Assembly (NCBI GenBank): GCA_903836285.1
Contig: CAILQO010000026.1
Coordinates: forward strand, 1 to 47,934
DNA: 47,934 nt
DNA from: an uncultured Chloroflexota bacterium
GTDB lineage: Bacteria; Chloroflexota; UBA11872; UBA12225
Direction of reading: 5' to 3'
The notes below the pieces were generated by a model. It did not search any database. It saw nothing but the letters and a program-made list of their open reading frames with translations, and was not told where the DNA came from. The translations under genes were made by a program, and so were the position numbers. Numbering within the stretch: the first letter of the stretch is position 1; every line of letters starts with the position of its first letter. Below are positions 27,239 to 36,773 of this stretch, one piece after another.

Positions 27239-29149
27239 ATGGTATTTACGATTCCGCCCCTTGATTGGGCAAGGAACCGGGCGCGAAGGGGCGTTTCCTT
27301 TCACCCCAGACAGAATGGGGTAGCGGCGGCCGGAGGTGGTGCGGCTTTCGCGGCCCGGCTTGCGGCGACCCTCGTGCTTGCAGCCTGCTCACTGCTGCCA
27401 AGCGCGGTGTCCGCAGCGCCCCTGCAATGCGATGGGCCGCTTTCCACAGCTGCCGTCACGCACGCCGACCCCGACTACGTCGACCTGCTGCGACTCGTCG
27501 ACGGGTGGACGGTCCGGCAACGCGTCGGGCACCTTCTCGTGCTCGGGATCTCCGGGACGGCGATCACCGAGAACTTGCGGGACCGGATCGAAGACACCGC
27601 ACCGGCCGGAGTGTTCCTGCTCGGCCGCAACGTTCAGGGACGCGAACAGCTCACCAGTCTCGTCGATGGCATTCGGGCCTCAAGCCGCGCCGCCACGGGC
27701 GGTGTGGGGCCGTTCATCGCCACCGACTTCGAGGGCGGCACCGTGAACGCCCTGCGCACCATCACCGGCCCCACACCGTCAGCCCAGCAACTTGCCGGCG
27801 TCGGGGAGGCGGGCGTCATCGCGCGCGGCGAGGCGGACGCTGCGGTGCTGCGGGGTCTCGGCATCAACGTCAACCTTGCTCCGGTCGCCGATATCCGCCC
27901 GTCTGACGGTGGCTTCATCGGGTCGCGCGCCTTCGCAACGAGCGCTTCGGCAGTGTCATCACTCGCGACGGCGTACGCACACGGCCTGCGAGCCGGTGGG
28001 ATCGTTCCGGTCCTCAAGCACTTCCCGGGCCATGGGCGAGCCAGCGGCGACTCCCACATCATCCTCCCCGTCCTTGGCCATGATCGGGACCTCCTGTTCG
28101 ACCAGGACCTTCGCCCGTTCGCCGAGGCGCTGCGCACCGGCGAGCCCGGCATGGTGATGGTCGGCCATGTCCTGGTCCCTGCAATCGACCCGAAGTCGCC
28201 CGCTTCGCTTTCTGGTCCGGTTGTCGATGGCCTCCTCCGTCACGAGCTTGGCTTCGGAGGCGTCGTCATCACCGACGAGCTGAAGATGCGCGCCGTGTCC
28301 GAGGACCGTGATGTGGAGCAAGCGGCGACCGCCGCCCTGGACGCAGGCGTGGACCTGATCCTTTCCGACTACTCACCTGCCGAACACGCGCGGGTCGTCG
28401 CCGCACTCGCCTCGGCGTGCGAACGTGGCGACCTGTCTGGTGAGCGCGTCGCCACGGCCCTCGCTCGCGTACTGCACCTCAAGTCAAGCTTTGGCCTGAT
28501 GGCTCCCGAGGCGTCGCTCCGGCTCCGGGCATGGCGTGCGGAGCGACTCACCGGTTCACTCGCGTTCCAGTCGCCCGGCGGGGGCGCCGCTGGTCGCTTT
28601 TTTCCGGCAACGATCGAGATCGGGCCACCTTCACCCGGTGCCGGCCCCGGCTTCACCATCACCGATGAGCAGGGAATCATGCTATATCGTGATTACGTCA
28701 ACCTAGGCGGTGCTGCCCGACTCGGACGACCCCTCTCACGACGGTTTGCCCTCGGCAATGACGTTGTGCAACTTTTGGAGGGTGGGCTTCTGCGTTGGGT
28801 GCCGGAGGCCGGCGAGTGCGAACTCACCGAAGGGTTCGACCTCCTGGTCAAGGTCGGAATCACGCCCGGTGATGCCAAGGCTTGGGTGGACGCGAACGGG
28901 TGGGGGCAAGGCGGTGCGCCATTCGATCCAGCCCCGGACGTCCTCGGGGCAGACGATCCGGTCCTTGGTCCTGCCACCGGGCCAGCCACCAACCGCGGCG
29001 ATTGGATCGTCAGACCGTACGCGCGGGGCATCGCTCGGATACCGGGGCCAACGGCCGTCCCCGGTTCGGTAAGGTCAGTCCAGATGGCTGGGTACGTCGC
29101 CCTTGCACTCGGGACCTTTCCGCCGGACGCGATTGCACCCCTTCCTTGA
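27239..29149 (+). CDS. Lipoprotein glycoside hydrolase family 3 (NagZ-like beta-N-acetylhexosaminidase domain) with C-terminal LGFP-like repeat region
   Basis: Lipobox LVLAAC. GH3 N-domain motifs DFEGG, KHFPGHG, and GHV...ITDEL. The C-terminal ~200 aa contains YRDYVNLGGAARLGRPLS...VQLLEGGLLRW, resembling an LGFP cell-wall-associated repeat. The start is uncertain (27170, 27203 or 27239). Confidence 0.75.
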   Translation: MVFTIPPLDWARNRARRGVSFHPRQNGVAAAGGGAAFAARLAATLVLAACSLLPSAVSAAPLQCDGPLSTAAVTHADPDYVDLLRLVDGWTVRQRVGHLLVLGISGTAITENLRDRIEDTAPAGVFLLGRNVQGREQLTSLVDGIRASSRAATGGVGPFIATDFEGGTVNALRTITGPTPSAQQLAGVGEAGVIARGEADAAVLRGLGINVNLAPVADIRPSDGGFIGSRAFATSASAVSSLATAYAHGLRAGGIVPVLKHFPGHGRASGDSHIILPVLGHDRDLLFDQDLRPFAEALRTGEPGMVMVGHVLVPAIDPKSPASLSGPVVDGLLRHELGFGGVVITDELKMRAVSEDRDVEQAATAALDAGVDLILSDYSPAEHARVVAALASACERGDLSGERVATALARVLHLKSSFGLMAPEASLRLRAWRAERLTGSLAFQSPGGGAAGRFFPATIEIGPPSPGAGPGFTITDEQGIMLYRDYVNLGGAARLGRPLSRRFALGNDVVQLLEGGLLRWVPEAGECELTEGFDLLVKVGITPGDAKAWVDANGWGQGGAPFDPAPDVLGADDPVLGPATGPATNRGDWIVRPYARGIARIPGPTAVPGSVRSVQMAGYVALALGTFPPDAIAPLP

Positions 29150-29341
29150 CCACCGTTTCGATGCTCGGGCTGGGGAACGGCGGAGTTGCCCCACTCCCGC
29201 CCAACGGTGCAGGAGTTTTGGCGAGGCTTTCTGCGGGGGAGGCGGAACGAGCTGGTGCACGTTGTGCCCCAAGCGGACCACCATGAACTCCCGCACGTGT
29301 CACCGCCATGCAACGATGTGTCCCTTGGGAGCGCCAGTTGC

Positions 29342-31627
29342 ATGACGATCGACGAAACGCCTGACCTCGCCCGCCCAACCGCAAGTTCGAGGAGAGCCAG
29401 CGGCGACGCGACTCCCCTCGGGAGCGGTGCGCCAGCACACGAGGTCGCAGCCTTCACCAGATGGCTCCTGGAACCCGACCCAGCCTCGAAGGACACGGTG
29501 CCAGATGACGCCTCGCCAACGAGATTAGGTGATGTCGCCTATCCGGAACGCATGCGGGCTCGTGACCTGCGATTTGCTCGGTGGCAGCGAATCCTCGTGC
29601 TTGAGGCCGATGCCGGGTTCCGGAACATCCGGCGGATCATGCGACAGGAGGGCACGCTCCTCGCCGAACGGCACGTCGAGGCGACGACCTCCCGCCCGGA
29701 CCGCGCCCCGCTCGGCCACGGGACCGATCCACTGGCTGGGGCATGCGCCCGCACGGTCCAACGACTCGCAAGCATCGCCGCCGCATCCGCACCGTTCGCC
29801 CCGGAAGTGCACGCCGTGCGCGGAGCATCGCCAATCTTGCTTGAAGCTCTCGTCCTTGGCTACCAGTCCATCGCCTGGTCTCCCGCCGATGTCGTCGGTG
29901 CGCCTAACCCCCTCGCCTCCCGCGTCGCCGAGCTCGCCGCCCTCGAACGCATCAACGCGGTCATCAACTCGAGCCTTGACCTCGGGCACGTCCTCAACCA
30001 GACGATCGCCGTTGTGCGCGAGGTAACCCACGTGGACACGGCGAATGTCTACCTCCTTGAGGACGGCAACCGCCTGGTGCTGCGTGCCACCAATGGACTC
30101 AACACCGCGATGATCGGGAGCCACAGCCTCGCCATCGGTGAGGGCATCACCGGATGGACCGCCCGACATGGCAAGCCGGTCACCGTCGCCGACGCCTGGC
30201 AGGATGAGCGGTTCCGATACGTCCCCTCACTCCAGGAGGAGCAGTTTCACGGCTGGCTCTCAGTCCCGATCATCCTCTTCCGTACCGGCGAGTCCGCGGC
30301 CGCCGACGCCAACAAGCTGGTCGGCGTCCTTGGGCTCATGACGCGTGCGATCAAGGAGTTCACCGCCGAGGAAGTGGCGTTCGTTGAGGCCGTGGCCGGT
30401 CAGGTGGCCATCGCCATCGAGAACGCGCGCCTCTACGGCCTGACCGACAACCGGCTTCGCGAGAAGGTCGAGCAGCTGGAGGCGCTTCAACGGGTCAACG
30501 CGACCATCGCTTCAAGCCTGGACATCGAAGACGTCCTCGAACAGATGGCGCGCCAAGCCGCCCATATCACCGCCACCGACATGGCCGGCATATTTGTCCT
30601 CGACGAGCGGTCCAACTTGATGAGGATGGCTGCGTCCTACAACATGACTGATGCCTACCAGGGCATCGCCGTACCTGTCGGTGAGGGTGCCATCGGCCTC
30701 GCCGTCGCCGAACGCAAGCCAGTCGTCGTCTTCGATGCCCAGGAGGACCCGCGGCTGCAAGCCCAGTCGGTCGCCCGGTGGGTGATCGAGGAGGGGTACC
30801 GGTCGATGTTCTCGGTCCCCGTCATGAGCCGTGGACGAGTGCTTGGGGGCGTTTCGGTCTACACGCGCGAGCGACGGGAGTTCACCAGCGACCAGATTCA
30901 CATGCTCTCGGCGTTCGCCGACGACGCGGCCATCGCGATTGACAACGCCCGCCTGTACGAGGAGACCCGCAAGGCGCTCGAGATGAAGAGCGTCCTCCTG
31001 CAGGAGCTGCATCACCGGGTCAAGAACAACCTCCAGATGATGGCGAGCCTCTTGCGCATGCAGATGCGACGCACGAAGAGTGACGAGGCGCGGTCGACCC
31101 TTGCCGTCACGTACTCGCAAATCGAAAGCTTGAGTGCGGCGCACGACCTGCTGTCACAAGACACTGGTGCTTCCGGCACCCAGATGGGCCGGGCGACCGT
31201 GGGTGAGATTGCCAGGCGGGTGGCTGACATCGCCATCGCCGACCTCCTGCCTCGCGAGAAGCGCGTCACCTTCTGCGCCAGCGAGGCGCACGCGGACGTC
31301 GGGGCGCGCCGGGCCACGTTGCTCGCCCTGATCCTCAACGAAGTCTTCTGCAACTCGATTGAGCATGGTTTTGCGAGCCGCGAAGTCGGTGAGGTGACCG
31401 TCACGGCACAGCGGCTGATGGATCCGAACGGGTCCGGCACGATCGAGGTCATCGTTCAGGACGATGGCGATGGGCTTCCAGCTGGGTTCGACCCGAATCG
31501 CGACGCCGGTCTCGGCCTCACGATCGTGCAGCGACTGGTGATCGACCAGCTGCGGGGCCAGCTACGCGTCGAGAACCGGACCGACGGCATCTCCGGGACG
31601 CGTGCATGCCTGCGCCTTCCCGATTGA
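29342..31627 (+). CDS. Cytoplasmic sensor histidine kinase: unassigned N-terminal region + GAF + GAF + HisKA_2 + HATPase_c
   Basis: Two GAF-like blocks, each ending in ...IAIENARLY / ...IAIDNARLYEE. Phospho-acceptor motif ELHHRVKNNLQMMASLL. ATPase motifs NEVFCNSIEHG, QDDGDGLP, GLGLTIV. No TM segments. Start chosen at ATG 29342 (GGGAG upstream); the track ORF begins at 29186. Confidence 0.8.
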   Translation: MTIDETPDLARPTASSRRASGDATPLGSGAPAHEVAAFTRWLLEPDPASKDTVPDDASPTRLGDVAYPERMRARDLRFARWQRILVLEADAGFRNIRRIMRQEGTLLAERHVEATTSRPDRAPLGHGTDPLAGACARTVQRLASIAAASAPFAPEVHAVRGASPILLEALVLGYQSIAWSPADVVGAPNPLASRVAELAALERINAVINSSLDLGHVLNQTIAVVREVTHVDTANVYLLEDGNRLVLRATNGLNTAMIGSHSLAIGEGITGWTARHGKPVTVADAWQDERFRYVPSLQEEQFHGWLSVPIILFRTGESAAADANKLVGVLGLMTRAIKEFTAEEVAFVEAVAGQVAIAIENARLYGLTDNRLREKVEQLEALQRVNATIASSLDIEDVLEQMARQAAHITATDMAGIFVLDERSNLMRMAASYNMTDAYQGIAVPVGEGAIGLAVAERKPVVVFDAQEDPRLQAQSVARWVIEEGYRSMFSVPVMSRGRVLGGVSVYTRERREFTSDQIHMLSAFADDAAIAIDNARLYEETRKALEMKSVLLQELHHRVKNNLQMMASLLRMQMRRTKSDEARSTLAVTYSQIESLSAAHDLLSQDTGASGTQMGRATVGEIARRVADIAIADLLPREKRVTFCASEAHADVGARRATLLALILNEVFCNSIEHGFASREVGEVTVTAQRLMDPNGSGTIEVIVQDDGDGLPAGFDPNRDAGLGLTIVQRLVIDQLRGQLRVENRTDGISGTRACLRLPD

Positions 31628-31737
31628 TCCCCTCGCTCCGGCGTCGTAATCCGCAGTGCAGCATCTCCGCAAGCCGTTGCCCCGGCGGGCGGACAGGGCT
31701 TGGGGTTCTGCCGTCCTGATGCACCCGGGCTATCGGG

Positions 31738-32688
31738 CTACGCCGCAAGGAACGGGAACAGCAGGTCGCGCGCCATCAGGAAGGCACCGAGGACCGACGT
31801 GACCTCGCCGAGCGGGGTCACCCGAAGGCTGCGTGGCACAACGTCGAGCAGCGCAATCTCCTCGTTCACCCGCGCGTGTACCGCCGGTAACAGCCGATGC
31901 TGCCGGGCCAGTGACACTGATCCGATGAAGCTGACCGCTTCCAGTCGCTGCCCGGAATAGCAGAGCGTGAGTACCAAGTCACCAAGGCGTCGACCGCACT
32001 CATTCCAGAAATCCTCGTCATCAGGGATGTCCGTGTGGTGCGTTCCCGTAAATTCGGGATGCCGCTCGCGGTACCGATCGGGCAAGGCCCAGCCCCCAAG
32101 AAACGTCTCGTAGCACCCTCGGTGCGCACGTCCCCGGCACTGGGGCCCGTCGAACTGCGAGATGCTGTGGCCGAGTTCGGCAGGGAACTGGACGCCGTTG
32201 CGCAGGATGCAAACACCAACCCCCGTCGATAGCGTGACCAAGGCTCCATCGTTGCAGGCAACCAGTGCCCCACGACGGCGCTCGCCCTGCATGGCGGTAT
32301 CGGTGTCGTTTCGGAGCTCGACCGGGCACTGCAGTCGCTCTGACACAAGAGTCGAGAGTGGCACGACTCCATCCCACTCTCGCCCGAGGTTCGACGCGGC
32401 GTTCACCGTGCCGTGCACCTCGTCAACGTTGCCAGGAAGCCCGATCACCACGAGGCGGGGTTCGGGCTCGACCGCCCCCACTGCCGACGCGATGACATCG
32501 ATCACTGAAGCGACATGCCGAGGGTCGTGCACCAAGGCGTGTGCATTCTCTGGCGACGTGGAAGCGGTCGCACGGCACATGTGAGTGCTGAGGTGGACCC
32601 CAACGGCGCCGCCCGCATAGACACGGGTCTTTGCCGGAACCGGAACATCAATCAAGACACTGTCTGTGCCGGCCGGGTCTGGTGACAT
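31738..32688 (-). CDS. ROK family sugar kinase/regulator-like protein
   Basis: 316 aa from MSPDPAG (ATG 32688). Motifs RNDTDTAMQGE, LSTGVGVCIL and ELGH, plus a degenerate zinc motif CRGRAHRGCYE. Confidence 0.7.
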   Translation of the reverse strand: MSPDPAGTDSVLIDVPVPAKTRVYAGGAVGVHLSTHMCRATASTSPENAHALVHDPRHVASVIDVIASAVGAVEPEPRLVVIGLPGNVDEVHGTVNAASNLGREWDGVVPLSTLVSERLQCPVELRNDTDTAMQGERRRGALVACNDGALVTLSTGVGVCILRNGVQFPAELGHSISQFDGPQCRGRAHRGCYETFLGGWALPDRYRERHPEFTGTHHTDIPDDEDFWNECGRRLGDLVLTLCYSGQRLEAVSFIGSVSLARQHRLLPAVHARVNEEIALLDVVPRSLRVTPLGEVTSVLGAFLMARDLLFPFLAA

Positions 32689-32943
32689 GACCGGTATTCT
32701 AAATGGCCGTGGCACCGGCGCAGGCGCCACGTCGCCCATCTCCTGATTGGCCTGAGGAGGCGCAAGCCACTGAAACGGGGGAGGGGTGGTGGATTGGGGG
32801 TACTTGCTTGCCAATCCCGCCCCGCTCATGGGAAGTGCACGGGATGAGGGTGACCTCTCCCATTGGGCGGTTCGGGCTGACCCGGATGACGAACGCTCTC
32901 CCGCGTCGCGTTGATGGGAAGCATGGCACGGAAGGACGTATCA

Positions 32944-34032
32944 ATGGCACGACGGGTGGCCGTATCGACCGGTGGCGGCGACTGCCCAGGCCTGAACGCA
33001 GTCATTCGCGCCGTGACCGTCACCCTGATCCGCGACTACGGCATCGACGTTTTTGGCATCGAGACCGGGTTTGATGGCCTGCTTGGACGAGGTGGCGCCC
33101 GCGTACGGCCCCTTACCGAGGAGTCCGTGCGGGGCATCCTTCCGGAAGGCGGCACGATCCTCGGAACTAGCAACCGAGGAAGTCCGTTTGCCATGCCACG
33201 GGAGGGTGGCGGCACCGTCGATCGATCTGCCGAGATCATTGACCGACTCCACGAACTCGAGATCGAGACGGTCGTGTCGATCGGTGGGGACGGCAGCATG
33301 AAGATCGCCGCCCAGTTGCTCGACCTCGGCGTCAACCTCATTGGCGTCCCGAAGACGATTGACAACGACCTGCTCGTCACTGACGTCACCTTTGGGTTCG
33401 ACTCCGCCCTTCAGGTCGCGACCGAGGCCATCGACCGGCTCCATTCAACCGCCGACAGTCATCACCGAGTCATGATCGTCGAGGTAATGGGGCGCGACGC
33501 CGGATGGATTGCCCTGCACGCTGGGATCGCTGGCGGGGCCGACGTAATCTTGATCCCAGAAATGCCGTACGACATCCGGGCAGTCGTCAGCTCACTCGTG
33601 AAACGGGCCAGGAGCGGCAAGAAGTCGAGCATCGTCGTCGTCGCAGAAGGTGCCGTTGAGGCGGGCAAGGGCGCGATGTACCTCGACGATCGCGCCAGTA
33701 CCCACACGATTGCGAGACGTCTCGGGGGCGTGGGCACCAAGGTGGCGGAGGACATCGCCGAAGCGTGCGGCGCCGACACCCGAGCGACGGTCCTTGGACA
33801 CGTGCAGCGAGGCGGTTCGCCAAGCCCGTTCGACCGCGTCCTCGGCACGCGCTTCGGTTGTGCCGCCGCCCACCTTGTTGCCAAGGGTGCGCACGGCCGC
33901 ATGGTCGCGTTGCGTGGGGCAGACATCATCGACTGCGCGATTGCGGACGCCATCCGCGAACCGAAACTCGTCAGCCCGAACGGCGAACTCGTCACCGCGG
34001 CGCGTAGCCTCGGCGTTTCGTTTGGTGACTGA
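32944..34032 (+). CDS. pfkA: 6-phosphofructokinase (PfkA family)
   Basis: 362 aa from MARRVAVSTGGGDCPGLNAVIRAV (ATG 32944, GGAAGGA 7 nt upstream). Motifs SIGGDGS, GVPKTIDNDL, VEVMGRDAGWIAL, GHVQRGG. Confidence 0.9.
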   Translation: MARRVAVSTGGGDCPGLNAVIRAVTVTLIRDYGIDVFGIETGFDGLLGRGGARVRPLTEESVRGILPEGGTILGTSNRGSPFAMPREGGGTVDRSAEIIDRLHELEIETVVSIGGDGSMKIAAQLLDLGVNLIGVPKTIDNDLLVTDVTFGFDSALQVATEAIDRLHSTADSHHRVMIVEVMGRDAGWIALHAGIAGGADVILIPEMPYDIRAVVSSLVKRARSGKKSSIVVVAEGAVEAGKGAMYLDDRASTHTIARRLGGVGTKVAEDIAEACGADTRATVLGHVQRGGSPSPFDRVLGTRFGCAAAHLVAKGAHGRMVALRGADIIDCAIADAIREPKLVSPNGELVTAARSLGVSFGD

Positions 34033-34060
34033 CGCACCGCCGCTTGGCAGGAATACGACG

Positions 34061-34651
34061 TTGACCCTGAACGACCGTCCCCTCGTCATCCCCGTTGTGC
34101 TCGGAAGCATCCGCGATGGCCGACGGAGTCACAACGCCGCGCGCATCATTCATGAGCGGCTAGTGGCACACGGCCACCAATCGATCATTCTGGATCTCCT
34201 CGAACTCGACCTGCCCATGTTCACCGGTGCCGACGCCGAGGAGGTACACCCGGGTGTCGTTGCGTTCCGCGGCGCGCTTGCCGCCTCTGATGCGTCGGTA
34301 TGGCTCAGCCCCGAGTACAACCACGCCTACACCGGGGTTATCAAGAACGCCATCGACCTTGTGGACGACGAGTTGAACCGCAAACCGGTCGCCGCATGTG
34401 GCCTCTCCGCCGGGGCGCACGGCGGCATTCGCGCCACCGAGGCGCTCAAGACAGTTCTCATCGAGATGCGCGCCTTGCCCATCAGGGACAGCGTCCACTT
34501 CGGCGAGGCGCGTGCACTTTTCAATGCCAACGGGTCGCTCGCTCGACCAGAGTTCATCAGCCGGGTCGACCAAGTGATCGATGAACTCGCATGGCACGCA
34601 CGCGCCCTCAGGTGGGGACGCGATACCCTGCCGCTGCCGACGCGCGACTGA
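34061..34651 (+). CDS. NAD(P)H-dependent FMN reductase family protein
   Basis: 196 aa with a TTG start at 34061 (AGGAA 7 nt upstream; no in-frame ATG nearby). Motifs VVLGSIRDGRRS and WLSPEYNHAYTGVIKNAIDL are typical of the FMN_red family. The track ORF start at 33650 lies inside pfkA in another frame. Confidence 0.75.
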   Translation: MTLNDRPLVIPVVLGSIRDGRRSHNAARIIHERLVAHGHQSIILDLLELDLPMFTGADAEEVHPGVVAFRGALAASDASVWLSPEYNHAYTGVIKNAIDLVDDELNRKPVAACGLSAGAHGGIRATEALKTVLIEMRALPIRDSVHFGEARALFNANGSLARPEFISRVDQVIDELAWHARALRWGRDTLPLPTRD

Positions 34652-34706
34652 CCACCGTCCCAGACGGACACGGGCGCGCAGCACCACCCAGAAGGAAGCG
34701 CCTCCC

Positions 34707-35852
34707 GTGAAGATCACCGATATCAAGACCTTCTTGGTCGACGCAACCCCGCCCGGCGGGTGGGGCGGCGGCGGGCGAAACTGGTTGTTCGTGAAGGTCG
34801 AGACCGACGAGGGCATCGTCGGGTGGGGCGAGGCCTCCGGCTGGCCGCGCGTCATCGAGACTGCGGTCCAAGACCTCAAGACAGTCTTGGTCGGCCTCGA
34901 CCCCGGGCGCATCGAACTCATCTGGCAAAAGATGCTCCTGGCCATGATGGGCCACGGCATGACCGGTGTCGTTGGGGCCGGCGCCATGACCGGTATCGAG
35001 GTCGCCCTGTGGGACATCCTCGGTAAGCGCCTTGGTGTGCCGGTCGTCGATCTCCTCGGTGGTATGTGCCGTGAAAAGATCCGAACCTACGCCCATGCAA
35101 GCGAACCCGAGGCAGCCATGCGCTACGTCGAACAGGGCTACACCTGCCTCAAGGCCGGTGGTCTCCGCCACCCCATCAAGACGGTCAAAGACCTGCGCCA
35201 CGCCCTGCCCGATCACATCGATCTTTGCATCGACGTCCACGGCCCGCCATGGTTGACCGTGCCAGACGCGGTGCGCGTCGGGCAGGAACTGGAAGAATTC
35301 GACTTGCTCTTCTATGAGGATCCGGTTCCACCAGAGAACATGGACTCGCTGAAAAAGGTCGCAGACTCGCTCTCGCTGCCGGTCGCCGCCGGGGAGCGGT
35401 CAAGCACCATCTACGGGTGCCGTGAGCTGGTGGAGCGCGAGATCGTCGACGTTCTGCAGCCGGACATGGGGCGCGTCGGCGGCATCTCGCAGATGAAGAA
35501 GATCTCGGCCCAGGCAGAGGCGCATCACATCATGATGGCCCCGCACGATGGGTCGAACGGGCCGTTGTGCGAGGCCGCCGCCGTGCACGTGATGGCGAGC
35601 ATCCCGAACTTCATCATTCTGGAGCATCGCGCCGACGACGTCCCGTGGCGCTACGACATCTGCACCGAGTTGCCCGTGGTGAATGGGTACATCGACGTGC
35701 CCCGTCGCCCCGGCCTCGGTGTGGAGATCAACGAGGCGGCGCTGCTTCGCCACCCAGGCGTGCACAACGTGGCAGCTATCACACCGGCAAACCTCGAGCG
35801 CATGTACGTTGAGCCACGTGCCCAACGTCGGCGCCTCTTCGTCAAGGACTAG
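34707..35852 (+). CDS. Enolase-superfamily dehydratase (mandelate racemase/muconate lactonizing family, galactonate-dehydratase-like)
   Basis: 381 aa, GTG 34707 (GAAGGAAG 8 nt upstream). N-terminal KITDIKTFLV...NWLFVKVETDEGIVGWGEAS strongly resembles D-galactonate dehydratase-type members. Metal-ligand context DVHG...YEDP...AAGER...QPD. Confidence 0.8.
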   Translation: MKITDIKTFLVDATPPGGWGGGGRNWLFVKVETDEGIVGWGEASGWPRVIETAVQDLKTVLVGLDPGRIELIWQKMLLAMMGHGMTGVVGAGAMTGIEVALWDILGKRLGVPVVDLLGGMCREKIRTYAHASEPEAAMRYVEQGYTCLKAGGLRHPIKTVKDLRHALPDHIDLCIDVHGPPWLTVPDAVRVGQELEEFDLLFYEDPVPPENMDSLKKVADSLSLPVAAGERSSTIYGCRELVEREIVDVLQPDMGRVGGISQMKKISAQAEAHHIMMAPHDGSNGPLCEAAAVHVMASIPNFIILEHRADDVPWRYDICTELPVVNGYIDVPRRPGLGVEINEAALLRHPGVHNVAAITPANLERMYVEPRAQRRRLFVKD

Positions 35853-35978
35853 GGCGCCCCTGGCCAAACGGTCGGCGAGACCGGTGACCCCGCCCCCCTG
35901 GCAGGGAGGATCCTGCATACGGTGGAAACATGAAAACGGGGGAGGGGACGGACGCAGCGGCACGTACCATCCAGATTC

Positions 35979-36773
35979 ATGTCCATCGGGCACCCCCCAG
36001 AGTTTGGGCGCTATCGCGCAAGCGCATGGTTGGCTGCGACCGGTGCCTCCGGGGATGGCCTGTACTCCGCCATCAGGTACGTGATCCGGCTGCTGCGCTT
36101 GCTGGTCCTCCTGACGATCTGGCGAGGCGTCCTTGGCAACGAGGATGGGTCCGAGCTTGGCCGGGTACTCACCTACACCTTGGTGGCCGGTGCCTTTGCC
36201 AACCAGCTTGATGCACGTACCGACCTAGGCGACGCAATCTGGGACGGGCGCATCGCCACGTGGTTCGTCGCGCCGGTGCGCGTCTTCGGCCTCGCCGTCG
36301 CAAACACACTCGGCAGGTGGGCGCCGTCGCTTGTCGGCTACACGATCCCCGTACTCGCCTTGGCGCCGCTCGTGGGCGTCGACCCGCGTCCAGCCTCGAT
36401 TGGCGCCGCCGTGGCGTTCGTCCCGAGCATTGCCCTCGCGGTTGCGATCGGCTTCGCGCTCGACCTGCTCCTGGTTTCGCTGATGGCGCGCACTGGGTGG
36501 AGCCTGTGGGACATGCAGCGCCTGCGTGTCACGTTCGGCACGGTCCTCTCCGGCGCGGTCATCCCGTTGGGATACCTGCCGTGGGGCCTCGCTGACTGGC
36601 TGCCGTGGTTTCCACTGGCATCAATGGCTTCGGCCCCGTTGCGGATCTGGGTTGGCGACGGTGACCCTGGCCTGTTGATCGCCGGGCAGGCCGCGTGGGC
36701 CATGATCGGATGGATCGCGGCGCTCGCGGCATGGGGTCGTCAGCGTGAGCGACTGGTGGGCTACGGTGGCTGA
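35979..36773 (+). CDS. ABC-2 family transporter permease (ABC2_membrane_6-like)
   Basis: 264 aa, multiple TM segments. The DGRIATWFVAPVRVFG block resembles the G.[FI][DA]..L..P motif seen in the next gene. It is the first gene of a three-gene permease-permease-ATPase unit. Confidence 0.7.
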   Translation: MSIGHPPEFGRYRASAWLAATGASGDGLYSAIRYVIRLLRLLVLLTIWRGVLGNEDGSELGRVLTYTLVAGAFANQLDARTDLGDAIWDGRIATWFVAPVRVFGLAVANTLGRWAPSLVGYTIPVLALAPLVGVDPRPASIGAAVAFVPSIALAVAIGFALDLLLVSLMARTGWSLWDMQRLRVTFGTVLSGAVIPLGYLPWGLADWLPWFPLASMASAPLRIWVGDGDPGLLIAGQAAWAMIGWIAALAAWGRQRERLVGYGG

